64,000 nt of DNA from Lama glama. Its lineage: Eukaryota. Under the pieces are notes generated by a model, which searched no databases, was not told the origin of the DNA, and was given only the letters and a program-made list of their open reading frames with translations. This document shows positions 12,461 through 24,644 of this stretch, one piece after another. The stretch covers positions 4,838,001 through 4,902,000 of the forward strand of contig CM052817.1 of NCBI GenBank assembly GCA_028534125.1. The letters run 5' to 3'. How positions within the stretch are numbered: the stretch's first letter is position 1; every line of letters begins with the position of its first letter. Made by a program: the position numbers and the translations under genes.

Positions 12461-14584
12461 GAACGAAGCCATCCCGTACAAAGACACGCTCTTGTGACCA
12501 CTGTTTACTCTCCGTGGCGTGGTGATTCACAGGCCAGGGGATCTTGCACAGAGGGATGGAGGTGAGCTCTGTGGCACTTGTGTTTTGCAGCTAATAAGTA
12601 GAACATCTTCTGCATTTCTCTGAGGAGACAGTCATCATCGATGATGCAACAAACGCTGACATGTCACAGAGTTCCGCAGGGCGAGACGGATGGAAACACA
12701 CCAGCTGAGACCCCCGCCCTGACCTCAGGACACCGAGTGGAATGAGGTCTTCTAATCATCTGGGGTGACTGCCCAGTGAGAAGCAAAGCCAAGTGTGAGA
12801 TATGCCCTGATGGTACATACAAAACAGATGAGCCCGTGTTGATCCAAGTGGGTCCAGTGAGACGGCTCTCCTTCCTCACTGCCTTGGTGAGCATCAATTC
12901 ACATCAGTAAACATTTTCTGAGCCCCTAGTCGTGTTGACACTGCCCTTCAGGAGCTCACTGTCCAGTAGAACAGGACTCCACCAACCAGGTTAATAAAGT
13001 GCTAGAACAGAGGTGTGGGCGGGAGACCACCAGCTCCTTAGGGCTGGTGGGGAGCAGCCAGGGAGGGCTTCAGAGTGGGGCTGACATTTGTGCTAAGTCT
13101 TCACAAGGGTGTAACTCGATGGCTTTGCTCTGATTATTAAAGTAATAGAGGTTCGTTGTGGAAAAAAATTAGAAAATAGAAGAGCACTGAGTATTAAGTG
13201 AACCCCAACCTAGACCCAATCATTCAGAGATGAGCTCTGTAACCGTTACGACTGTGTCTTTCCCGCCAGAGCTTCCCATGCTAAGTCCTCTCCAGGCATC
13301 TTCCACGAAGGTGGGATCTTGCTATTCATGTTGTTTTATAGGACGTTTTCTTTAATACTTAACCATGTATCCTTGCCAGCTCTTCCTGCATGTATGAGTC
13401 CACGTAGCCATTTTTAATACCATAAGTTGGGTTCTACATTTAACCGACCTTCTCCTGGATCGTTCACAATTGTGTTAAGTCGTTTACAATTGTTACAAGT
13501 GTTTAACCAGGTCTTAGAGAGGGAGGAGCTTCCACGAAGATGGGGGAGGGAGAAAGGAAGAGATGACTGCAGCCACGAAGGTCAGGGAAGGAGCATGAAG
13601 AATTTGGGGAATGCGAGCAATGCTGTGAGGCTGGGGCACAGGCTGCGTGCAGAGCCAAGACAGCAGAGGGGAATATGGTCAGACTGAAAGGGTCTTTTCC
13701 GCCAGTCGAGGGATTTGCACCTGAGCCCCAAAGTCTTGGGGAGCAAATTAAAAGCCTGAATCAACAGAGTGACACCAACAGATCTGTGTTTGTGAAAGGC
13801 CACTCCTTCCTGAGCATTTTGTTGCCTTGTGCGTTCACATCTTGGGTATCTAATCCTACCAGTTCAGGAAGCACCTCCCACCCAAGACTGCAGGGGCTGA
13901 ATGCAAGCCAGAGGCGGCAGGTGAGCCCCTTCGCCGAGCTCTGTTCCCTGCGGACACCTCGGCCTTGAGGAGCTCTACTCTGAGGTGCGGCGCAGGCTAG
14001 TCCTCCTCTCAGGTCTGAGCCCCGGCTTCTGGATGGCTTGCTTGGCTTAGGGACACATTGCAGGTTTGGGCGTATGTGGTTTTGACCGACATGCTCTAGT
14101 TTAGGGGCCAAGAGCTGCCAGTAAGAAGTCTACTGACATGAAGAGAGTCTGGGGCACCGAGGTGAAGTGGGGTGAACTCTCGCACTCCAAGGATGTGAAC
14201 ATTCTGGATAAAAGACAACCAAACGATCTAAATCATCTACCCAAGCTCAAGTGGGGAAAGGAGATGGGGGTCGGGCCCAAGTTAAGCAGAAGAAGAGGGA
14301 AGTGAGTGCTCCACGGACGCAGACTGAAATGATTGGCAGACAAATGAAGGCGTGAACCGAGGCAGCTCTGGCCCCCGGGTGCCCAGCGCGGGGCCTGACA
14401 TACAGCGGCCGCTTAGTGCTTGTTCGAGAAGAAGACGATGGTCATTTTCCATGAGCAGCACCATTTGTCGGCAAAAGAGAGAGGACACGAAGTTCTCCGG
14501 CTGCTCCTGCCCGCCAGCCCCAGGCAGGCTGCGGGGTAGCTCCTCATCTGAGCCAAAACCAGACTCATCCTGGCTCTCAGAGAG

Positions 14585-14925
14585 TCCAGCTAATTAGGCT
14601 CTTGTCTGCCAACAGACAGCGTGGACGATCGCGGCGTGGAAATCGTTAGCGGCGAAGAGGAGAGGGCGGGAGCGGGGAGGCGGGGCGGCAGCAATTTGTT
14701 AGAGACAGTGAAACCGAGCGAGCGGCTATGCCTCGCGCTAAATTACCATGTGTGCTAAGTGTACGTGCACCAGTAATTGTTGGCTGCTGCTCATTTACAT
14801 TTGATTATTATACTTGCGGTTTTTTAATTGCATTTGAATGTGTCTGCCCCTGACACTGTCAAGACCATCACAGCTGTCAGCAATCCTCGGCGCTTTTTCT
14901 GCTCATAAAATGCAGATCTGCTGCC
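14585..14925. promoter_or_regulatory. Candidate cis-regulatory element: CpG-rich GC-box segment plus homeodomain/TALE motif cluster
   Basis: No recognisable repeat. Dense CpG at 14619-14740, GGGCGG boxes, several TAATT, TGACAcTGTCA (14851-14861), CAGCTGTCA (14871-14879) and CTCATAAAA. Confidence 0.5.
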
Positions 14926-15039
14926 CAGGTCTTCGTCTTATCCAGATAATGACGGCAGTAGCCATGACAAGAACAATTCTGATGACTCCTGTTCCGAGCA
15001 TCCACTATGTTCTGGAGGCTGTTCTAGGTGCAGAATTTT

Positions 15040-15240
15040 AAGTTGGATAAAACTGGGTTTCATTCCTGGTTCTTTTCTTTACCACTGTGTGATTTCAGTC
15101 AAGTTTCTTAACCTCTCTGATCCCCAGTTTTATCCTGTGTAAACATGCCTGCTTTGCACGAACTGCTGTGAAAGCTGACGACGACGGGTTAAGGAGCCTG
15201 GTGCGCGGCAGGGGCTGTGTCCGTGATGACCGTTATTACT
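15040..15240 (+). mobile_element. MIR SINE
   Basis: ctgggtttcattcctggttct...ctgtgtgatttcagtcaagtttcttaacctctctgatccccagttttatcctgtgtaaa. Confidence 0.75.
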
Positions 15241-15509
15241 CTCGTTTACCAGAAAATCTCCTCTGTCCCCACTGCGATCTTTGCCACAGGCCTCATCACT
15301 GCTCACCTGGACTGAAGCAATGACTCCCCTAACGGGTCTGTCTGCCTCCAACCTCTCTCCTCCAGCTGCTCCGCACACATGCAAATCTGACTGCACGTCC
15401 TGTCCATGTTCACAGACTGCAGGTGGCTCTTTGGAGCCCGCAGGACAAGTAAGTTCCAAGCCTCATAAAAAGACACACAGAGTCTTCATGTAAAGGGTCA
15501 GGCTACAGT

Positions 15510-15950
15510 GACGGAAGCTGTGGCCCATCTCCTAGACCCCTGAGCAAGACTGCAGGCTCATTCTTCAGCGGCCGGCAGAGCTGAGGGTGGACAGCCCGCA
15601 GACATCAGCTGCTTGTAAAATTACCTCAGCTTAAGAGAGCTGCCTTGGCCAAGGTCACCAGCCTCTTCCTGGGCAGCCCACAGCCACTGCCTGGCCAACC
15701 TGGGGGTCGAAACTCCTGGCCCTGTCACCTCAACTCAGGATAACTCTGAAGAGCTGGCCAGCTTCAAAATGCCCCCGGGGCCGTCTGAGGCTTCCCTGAG
15801 ACTCCCCAGGACCAGCCCTGCCTCCTCCCTTCTGCTCCCTTCTCCAGGTGCTGGTCCCCAGGGCACTCCCTAATGAGGCGCTCCCTACTCACCACTCCCC
15901 CAGCTTGCTAATTTCCACTTCCTGCTTCCCAAGAAACCAACCTGCAACCC
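15510..15950 (+). mobile_element. ERVL solo LTR (LTR16-like)
   Basis: acctcagcttaagagagctgccttggccaaggtcacc...caactcaggataactctgaag...gggcactccctaat...ctgcttcccaagaaaccaacctgcaac. Confidence 0.65.
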
Positions 15951-16049
15951 AGGCAACCTCTCTAGATCGGGCCCCCACCTCTCTCACATGTCTCACATAT
16001 GCCAGATGTCCTTCCTCCCTCTAGGTCATCCACTGACCCAACTCCCTGT

Positions 16050-16400
16050 TCCTACTCTCACTTCTCTCCCTTTCTAGAAGGTCCTTTTGAACTTGGCAGC
16101 CTAGAGAGCTCCTACTCCTTTAGCAGGTGCAGAATGAACGGCACCTCCTCCAGGAAGCCTCTCCTGATTGTCTGGGGCAGAATTCAGGTGTGGGTCCTCT
16201 GGGTCCCGAGAGGCCTGTCAGTCTCTGTATGTGCAGCTTGCACTGTATTCTAATCACCTGTTTGGTCTCTGCTCCCCACCAGCTGTGCTCCTTCAGGCCA
16301 CATCTGGAGCCTCTCAGTGCCCCTTCAGGCCATATCAGGGCTCAGCCAGGATCTGGTATATGGCAGGAGCTTAGCAAATTTCTGTTTAATGTATGGAAAT
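16050..16400 (+). mobile_element. L2 LINE 3' end
   Basis: acctcctccaggaagcctctcctga...tctggtatatggcaggagcttagcaaatttctgtttaatgtatggaa. Confidence 0.65.
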
Positions 16401-16579
16401 CCCACCATGCCCAGGACTGGGCACTAGCAGACATTGGTAGGGGTGTTGTTAATAGCATTGTTGTCCTTTGAGAGGAGCTGTTTCAGGAGAGGGCCCAGAG
16501 CTCAGCTTACACATGGAAAGTCTGACACGGGGAGGCAGGGTGCAGGTCCTGTAGCCCTGTTGGGATATGGAAGCTAATA

Positions 16580-16820
16580 AAATAACACACGCCAGCAATA
16601 TTTACTGAGACCTAAGTGTGTGCTGGGCACTGTTCAAATTACATTAATACATTCAACCAGGTGATTCTCTCAAAACCTACAAGCTACAATGATTCTCCCA
16701 ATGCACTATGAGGAAACAGGCTGAGAAAGGGTCCATAACCTGCCCAAGGTCACATAGCTGGCGAGCGGCAGACTGGGACGTGAGCCCAGCACTGCACGGT
16801 CTGCACTTTTAACCCCAAGG
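16580..16820 (-). mobile_element. MIR SINE (near full length)
   Basis: atttactgagacctaagtgtgtgctgggcactg...atgaggaaacaggctgagaaaggg...acctgcccaaggtcacatagctgg. Confidence 0.8.
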
Positions 16821-17307
16821 CTGAGTCACTTCTCAATAACATCTTCATTTTTGTTTCTGCTCCCTGACTTGACCATCACAACACTAATACTGACTTTATT
16901 AAGTACTGACTCTGCTCCGCCACTGCTCTCAGTGCTCCCTATGAACCGACTCACCCAGTGCTCTCCGCGAGCCCAGCAGTGGGCACAGAGATGTGAAGCG
17001 ACTGAGCAGAGGCACATAGTCAATACAGAGGACCCGGGATCTGGACTCAGGAAATCTCACCCGACGACCCACACTCTTTCCTACTGTAGTGTTAAAATGA
17101 GATGGGAGCCATTGAAGGATTCTGAGCTAAGAGTGACAGAGTAAGCGGTCAAAGTGTCCCCCTGGCTGCTGTGTTGAGAAGAGACCGCAGGGGGCCAAGG
17201 ATGGGAGAAGGAGATCACTGAGGGAAAAGATGGTGGTGGTCAGAGGAGAGTGAAGAGGAGCTGAAGGTGAAGTGAAGAGGAGCTGAAGGGTTCCGGGCAG
17301 AAGTCTG

Positions 17308-17447
17308 CATTCATTCACTCACCCATTCCTTCGTTCACCCACCCATTCATTCATTCACCCATTCATTCATTTATTCACCCATTCATTCATTCAGTCACTC
17401 ATTCATTCCCTCATTCACTCACTCACTCATTCATTCATTCACTCATT
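17308..17447. repeat. (CATT/CACT)n tetranucleotide repeat, probably an expanded L2 tail
   Basis: cattcattcactcacccattc... over ~140 bp, directly followed by antisense L2-like sequence. Confidence 0.85.
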
Positions 17448-18339
17448 CCTGGAGTGCCTCCTTTGCATCTTTCATAGAGGCAGCTCCATTCTCCCCTGTG
17501 TGAGACCCCAAGCAAGATGGCAAGAATCCTGGGTTTGAGGCAGGCACAACCCCCACCTTCAAGGAGCTCAGCACCTCACCAAGAAAGGAGAGCAAACACA
17601 AGAATGCACAGCGCATTCTGAAAGACAAGGTGGGGCTTATCTCAGAGGAGCCCATCCGCTGTGTGCCCAAGCCGAGCTCAGCTCACGCAAGGCTGCTGGA
17701 ACCCAACGAGAGAGCCAGTCACTCAGGGGACAGGATGTCTGCCCTGGACCTCAAAGTTAGAAAAGTAGTGAAAGGAGGCTCAGACAGACGGAGAGAGCGG
17801 CGTAAACATACACTTGGCTATCGTTCAGATAACAGTGGTGCTCAAAGTCTGTGCTGAAGGACACAGCTGTGTTACTTCATGGGGAAGCAGCAAAGGGCTG
17901 GGAAGGCTCGGCCTGGGAAGGGAGGGCCTCTGACGGATGCTCGCCTTGAGCCTGCTCTTCCAGGTGCCGTCTCCTCCCGGCTCTGTGCTCCGCCCCCTTA
18001 GAAAACCCCAGGTCCTCCTCATGGGAGTGCAGCCTTGGACACCCTGTCAATACGTCTACACCCTGTCTGTAACAAAGCGTTCCGTCCATTAAACTCCACA
18101 CGCGCTTTGAAAGAGAGCCTCTGGCTTAAAAGACATGCAGTTTGTAAGTTCCAAGTGTGGTCCCAGGAACAGCACGTCCTGCCTCTGGGTTCAGTGTCTG
18201 CATCTGTAGCAGATGGGAAGACCTGATGAGATCAACTCTAGAGCTCAGAGTTCACGGTTTCCTTCTAGTTTCAGAGTAACAACCAACCAAAGCAGCCACT
18301 TACAGGCAGTATAGCCCGGGATTTGCGACATCCTTGCAC

Positions 18340-18815
18340 ACTTTATGTTCCCTGTATGTTATACTTCAGTGCCCCATGAGGGGCAAACTGCCCGGACATG
18401 TGAGAGCATATGTTCACCACAGACAGGAGTATTCCTAGCAGCCTTGTTAATAATGGCCCCAAATTATAAGCAACCCCACTGTCCATCAGCAGCAGAATGA
18501 TTAAGCAAACTACAGTATATTCAAATAGCAGAATGGTACACAGCAGTGGTACACTTCTGAGTGCACACAGCACAGCAACTTCTGAGATACAACAGAAGAA
18601 TGTCAAAGGCCTTGTTAAATAAAAGAAGCCAAACATAAGAGTATTTATTCCATTATTCCATTCATATAAAGTAAAAAGAGACCACACAATCCTCTAGGGA
18701 CAGAGACTGGAAGAGCAGTAACCCCTTAGTGGGGCACCGACCACCTGTACAGTTAAGATTTATGCACTTTTCTATATGTATGTTACACTTCAATTTAAAA
18801 ATAAATTTAAAAAAA
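18340..18815 (+). mobile_element. Old LINE-1 3' end (L1ME/MC-like)
   Basis: gcagccttgttaataatggccccaaatt...tccatcagcagcagaatgattaa...ttaagatttatgcacttttctatatgtatgttacacttcaatttaaaa. Confidence 0.75.
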
Positions 18816-19439
18816 TCTTATGAGGTCAGTTATTAATTAAGGGAAGGAGAAAGTCAGATGACTGTGATGGTGTCAAAATAACATAAGGACTTTGCTGATG
18901 CAAGACATTCATCTCGACCTTTAGACACCAAACCCCATTAGCTTTCTACATACACTGACAACTGATATGTGGGTAACAGACCTGCCCCGCTCTAATCCTG
19001 AACAGGCATCTTGATCTCAGAGAACTTGCCTTCATCTTCCTCAGGGCACTTACCTCAGTTTAAAATAACATGCTGTTGCACTGAGTATTTGATTAATGTC
19101 AGTCCACCCCACTGGGCTGTGAAACCCGGAGTGGTGTCTGAGTTTACTCACTGTGGAATCACCAACATTTAGCTAAGTGCCGACTGTGCAGAAGATAAAT
19201 ACTTTTGAAGTGAATGATGGCAACTGGTAATAAACTAGGAATTTTCTATATGGAACGTTTATTGATGCTTGAGGATAACTCAAAAGAAAAACCAAGATCA
19301 TCACACCCACGTCATCTGATAAGCATTTACCTTTGTTTTTTGTAATCTTCTAAAAAATGAGCAAAATTTCACAAACTGCATCAAAGAACATGACACACAT
19401 GAAGTTCAAAGGTAAGACCTAACTGAGGATTACATTTTG

Positions 19440-20095
19440 GTTACAGTTAAATTAAGCTAGATCTTAATAACAAAATGTTAACTAGAAAATCCCCAGATGT
19501 TTGGAAATTTAAAAATACACTTCTCAAAAACTAATGAGTCAAAGCAAAAATTACCACGGAAATTGGAAAATAATTAGAACTGGATGATAATGAAAATATG
19601 CTGTATTAAAATTTGTGTGATTCAGATAAAGCCATGCTTTGAAGAAAATTGTAGCTTTAAGTGCATTGTGAGAAAGAAAAAATAATGCTGGAAATGAATG
19701 ATGCATGTATACATCTAAAGAACTTAGAAAGAAATTTTAAATTGCAAACTAGGAAGTGATTTTTAAAAAGTGCATAATCAACGAAACAGAAACAAGTGTA
19801 CAATACAGAAAACCAGTAAAGCAAAAGTTACTTCTTGGAAACCTCTAATACAGTTAATAAACCCCTGGTAACGCTGATGAATAAAATAAGGAAAGATACA
19901 AAGTCAGGAGCAGAGAGGCATCATTACAGATCCTAGAGATAACCCAGTTATAGGAGGTACGGTACACTGATTTATGACAACAAATTTGAAAATTTAGATG
20001 AAGTTAAAAACTCTAGACGGGCCTGGCTTACTACATCTGGCACATGTAGAAACAGAAAACCTGAGTGATCCTATAGCTGTGAAATAAATTACAGG
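19440..20095 (+). mobile_element. LINE-1 ORF2 fragment (between endonuclease and RT)
   Basis: tggaaatttaaaaatacacttctcaaaaac reads WKFKNTLL; further down acaaatttgaaaatttagatgaag reads KFENLDE. Confidence 0.8.
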
Positions 20096-20564
20096 CGTGT
20101 GCCAGGTTCTGGGGATTCTGGATGAATATGCCACCACCCTTGCCCCAACACTCAATCTCAACCATATGTCCAGCTGGAGCACCAGGCGTGGGTTTATGTA
20201 GGCTTTCTTCAGGCAGAGGTGGAGGGGTGCTCCCTCTAGGCAGAGAAAAACAACGTAAGTCTACCCAGGAAGCCACAAGGCAAGTGGATGAACCCTGTGC
20301 TCCTGGAGCTGGAGGCACCAGGGGCTTTCCAGGAGGCAGCACTGCAAAGGGATGTTAAGGCCAAATTTTGTAGCCATAGTGAAGAGTCTAATTGTTCCGG
20401 TAGGTGTTCCGGAGCTTCTGGTGATGTATAAACGTGGAAAAGACGAGGAAAGGGCAAAAGACAGTTGACACAGATGTTTCTAAACCAATGCTAGAAGGAA
20501 GAGAAGAAAAAGGAAACAGGATTCCTGGCCGCAGACCAGGTGTTTTCATATATGCTGGCTGATC

Positions 20565-20745
20565 GGTTTCATTCCGTCAGGAGGACGTCTGTGATGCACA
20601 CCACCGTCTTCAGAGGAGACAAGTGATGCTTAGAGAGGTTAACAGAGAAGTGACAAGGGCCGCCTGTTGAGTGAGCAGCAGAGCCGGGACCAAGCAAATG
20701 TTTATGTGGCTGTAAGTCCTGTGCCGGTTCCTTTACACCACGGGC
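20565..20745 (-). mobile_element. MIR SINE
   Basis: cagaggagacaagtgatgcttagagaggttaa...gtgagcagcagagccggga. Confidence 0.55.
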
Positions 20746-20799
20746 AATAAGACACTTGGAAACAGATGGATTCAGTAACAGTCCCATTTGTTTACACTT

Positions 20800-21230
20800 C
20801 CCTCTCCCTACGCCCTGAGGAAGTCCCCTACAAGGACTCCCAGACCTGTGACTCACACTGGCCAAGGTGACATCAGCGAACACGAGGATGTGCGACGTGC
20901 AGCACGCCTGCGCTCCGGGGCTTACCCTCCTGCTGCTCTGAGAACCTGGCACTACCCCGGGAGGGAGGCTGAACCTGCGGCGGATGATGGGAGACACAAG
21001 GGTCAGTCTCCCAGCCGACAGCCAGCCAACCCCAGGAACCAGAGCCACTTGGCTGATGGGTGACTGATGGCAAACACATGAGAGCCCAGCGGAAACCAGC
21101 AGAGAGACAGCTCAGTCGGCTCAGCCCCAAATTCTGACCCACCCCAAGAATCATGAGCTAAGTAAACGGTAGCTGTTTTAAGATGTCCAGTCAGGAGGGG
21201 TCTGTTCTGCCGCAAAAGTTAACGGTGACA
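20800..21230 (+). mobile_element. MaLR LTR (MLT1-type)
   Basis: cagccgacagccagccaac...cagccccaaattctgacccac...aatcatgagctaagtaaacggtagctgttttaag...gcaaaagttaacggtgaca matches an MLT1 3' end. Confidence 0.7.
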
Positions 21231-22174
21231 CACACAGGAGCTCTGCCGGCTGAACTGCCTAAGTGCATATAGATTTTGAGTCTTGGAAAATCCTCCCCTA
21301 CAATTTGACATTCTGGATAAAATTTGACTTTGGAAGTTTTTCAGCAGTGTTTTGAGAAGCAATCTAGTTGTCTAAGCAGAAAGGGGTGAGCCCTGTCCTG
21401 GTGAGCTGAGAGAATTCTATCTTCCCAGCCCGGAGCTTGCTTTGCCTGCAGAACTGATGCCAGGTGGATCATGGACCGTGGACTGTGGACCGTGGACCAT
21501 GGATCCTGAAGAGCCCTCGGGGCCTCTTGGGGAGAGAGGATGCTCTGACAGATGGGCAGTACTCCCATGCTCACTAAACCATGGTGAAGCTCTGCACGTC
21601 CCCCACATAGAGCTGCTTCCAAGTCTAGGAGCGATTTGATTAACTTTTTATTTCCCAAGGAGTCTGAGACATCACAAAGGTTGATCAAGTCACCATACCC
21701 TGTGGTCTGTAGCCGGTCTCCCTCTGCAGCCCCAGGGCCTGGCACACAGTAGGTGCTCAATAATTGTGGGGTTTCATAGAAATCACTTCTGCTCTCTGAG
21801 CCTCTGTTCCCTTATATGGAAAAAAGGATAATAATAATGATTATAATAATAATAATGACGTTTATACCCCGAGAAGATTTTAAAGAGAAGTGAGGTCAGT
21901 GTGTGTGAAACAGCCCACATAAGGGTTATTTCCAAAGTGATGCGCACCAGCTGTTATTTTTAATATTTTAATAGGGAAGGGAGAGGGCACAGAGGGAGAT
22001 AGACTTGGTTTCAAATGCTGTTTCTCTCACTTAATACCTGTGTGTCCTCAAGCAAGTCCCTTAAACTTTCCTTTCCTGTTTCTCCAAATAAAGCACGTGA
22101 AAGGCAATACCCAATGAGCAGAAGTGTCAGAGGGTTTAAAGACAATGTATACAAAAGGTGAGGGATAAATGTAA

Positions 22175-23280
22175 ATGAAAACCTCACACCCATGAGGATG
22201 GCTCTGATCAAAAAGAAAAACAACAAAATACAGTGCTGGTGAGGAAGCGGAGAAGCCAGAACCCTGCGCGCTGTCGGTGGGAAAGTGAAACGGCGCGGCT
22301 GCCGCGGAGAGCAGCGCGGTGGTGCCGCAAAGCATTAGAAACAGAAACACCCGTGACCCGGCAGTTCCAGTCCTGAGTAAACAGCTGGTATCCGTGGGGG
22401 GCTGGTAATGGTTCCAGACTCCCTTCCCAGATACCAAAATCCACGGATGCTCAAGTCTCATAAATAAAACATCACAGTATTTGCATTTAACCTACACAAA
22501 TCCTCCTGCCTACCTTAAACCGCCTCTGAATTACCTCTAATACCTAATACAATGTAAATGCTACGTAAATGATTGTAAATACAATGTAAATGCTACGTAG
22601 ATAGTTCCTGGCGTGCGGCCAATTCAGGTTTGCTTTTTGGTACTTTCTGGAATTGTTTTTCACATATTCTTGATCTGTGTTTGGTTGAATCCAAGGCCCT
22701 GGACCCTGTGGATGCAGAAGGCTTACTATATGTCCAAAAGAATGGAAATCAGGGTCTTGAAGGGATGTTTGCACATCCATGTGCCCAGCAGCCTTAGTCA
22801 CAATAGCCAAAGGTAGAGACAACCCCAAGTGTCCGTCAAGGGACCGATGGATAAATGAAATGTGATCTATATATGCAACCAAATATCATTCAGCCTTTAA
22901 CATGAAGGAAATTTTGACACATGTTACAACACGAATGAACCTTAAGGACATTATGCCTGGTGAAATAAGCAACTCACAAAAATACAGCTGCTTTGAGTCC
23001 ACTCATATGAGCTCCCTGGAGTCGTCAGATTCATAGAGACAGAAAGCAGCATGGTGGTTGCCAAGGGCTGGGGGCAGAAGGGAAGAAGGACTTAGTGTTT
23101 AATGGGGACAGAGTTTCATTCCCAGTGTCCAGTTTCACCAGAAGAAAAGAGTCCTGGAGGCTGGCTGCACACCATTGTGAATAGGGACACTACTGGACTT
23201 TACACTTAAATATGACTGAGATGGTAAGTTTCATGTTATGTGGGGTTTTTTTTTTACTTACCACAATTAAACAATCAAAA
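22175..23280 (+). mobile_element. LINE-1 3' end (L1MB-like) interrupted by MER2
   Basis: acctcacacccatgaggatggct...gtgctggtgagga...tgaaccttaaggacattatgc...ttcatagagacagaaag...ccacaattaaa. Confidence 0.85.
22382..22728 (+). mobile_element. MER2-like Tigger (TcMar) MITE
   Basis: ggtatccgtggggg...gataccaaaatccacggatgctcaagtc...tggttgaatcc...ccctgtggatgcagaaggcttacta, inserted at the L1 ctgggtatata position. Confidence 0.85.
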
Positions 23281-24034
23281 ATCTAGACACAGTGCCTGGC
23301 TCACATAGGTGCTCTGAAGATGCTTATTAAAGAAAGAAAGGAAGGCAGGAAGGAAAAGAAAGAGGGAAGGAGAATAACTTATAATTCATTCATTAATCCA
23401 CGTACTCAACAAACTTTTTTGAGTCTCAGCTTTGACTCTTATTAGCCGTGTGACCTTAATAAAGTTAATCAACCCCTCTGGGACCCCTTCTGCACATCTG
23501 CTATGTTTAGGTGCCACTACCCGATGTCCAGAATTCTAATGAAAGTAGAAGCCTTCTGTAAACCACAAATTCAGTAAGCGTCTTGCCCACAGCAGCAGCA
23601 GGGGGAGGCGTGGCAGCAGTAGTGGTTTTACACTACAAAATACTGGTATGAAAAGACACGGTATTTTTATATTCGTATTTAAGAAAGCCTCTAAATGAAG
23701 CCATTGAAGAGTATTCCAGTGGTAACACTCATTACATGAAAGGCTGTGTCTCTCCCATGACTAATTCAGCTGTGAGCTAAACGAAGCTGACCAACACAGT
23801 TCTGCAGCAGTGGTCCTATGTTTGGAAAGCAAAAAGAAAAACACGGCAAGGGTCTCTGTCTTACTTAGCAAAATAAGGACGATTTCCGTAAGATACACGA
23901 GGCTACACTGTGTCTCCAGGTCCCTTTCTCTGTAACCCGTGAGCTCCAGAAAAGCATCACAGCTGCCCTACTGACGAGCCTGAGGCTGAAAGCTTGGGGC
24001 ATCTGCACACTTGAGCTCCTCAACGTGGAGACTG

Positions 24035-24205
24035 GCGCCCATTAGCGAGGGCTCGGATTTTGGAGACTCAACCACGTGAGTCTGAATTCCGGCCTCCCGC
24101 CCCGACTCACTGGCTGTGTGACACTGAACAAGGCTCCTCGTGTCATCTTCGGGCTCATTTTCTCACCTGTAACATGGGCTCGCTGGGACCTGCCTTTTCA
24201 GTGAT
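24035..24205 (+). mobile_element. MIR SINE
   Basis: tttggagactcaacc...tgaattccggcctcc...cactggctgtgtgacactgaacaag...cattttctcacctgtaacatggg. Confidence 0.7.
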
Positions 24206-24644
24206 AAGGCAGGTTGCATGTCCTGAGCACCCCCGCGACACTCCCCTGGAAATGCTAGGGAAAATAAACCCAGTCCCGTCTGAGGCTGCCAACAACACAG
24301 AGGGCGGAAAATAAGAGAGCCTGCCCTGGGCGCCTCTGCTGGGGCGTGTGCTTCAGTCGCCCGAAGCAGGGAAAGGGGGCGCAGAGGAAAATCCCTCCTT
24401 GGCCAGGGCTCTAGTGGAGGGAAAAAAGGACTTCTAGCCACACACCTTCCCTCCTGCAGTTTCATCCCACCAGTACGATCATGGAACCCCATCCTCAACA
24501 GTCAACTTAGAGTTGCCCCAAGTCGTTTGAACACCCTGGTGCCTGTCAGAAGAAAGGAAAAACATCTTTTGAAGGGATGAATGATAAAGAAAATTAGAAT
24601 TGCAATTTACGTAAGTTTTTGTAGAAGGAAATAGTGAAATATGA

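Noticed and set aside
22546..22599. Direct repeat aatacaatgtaaatgctacgta x2
   Set aside because: Internal to the MER2-like element and, as I recall, seen in other copies of that family. Not locus-specific evidence.
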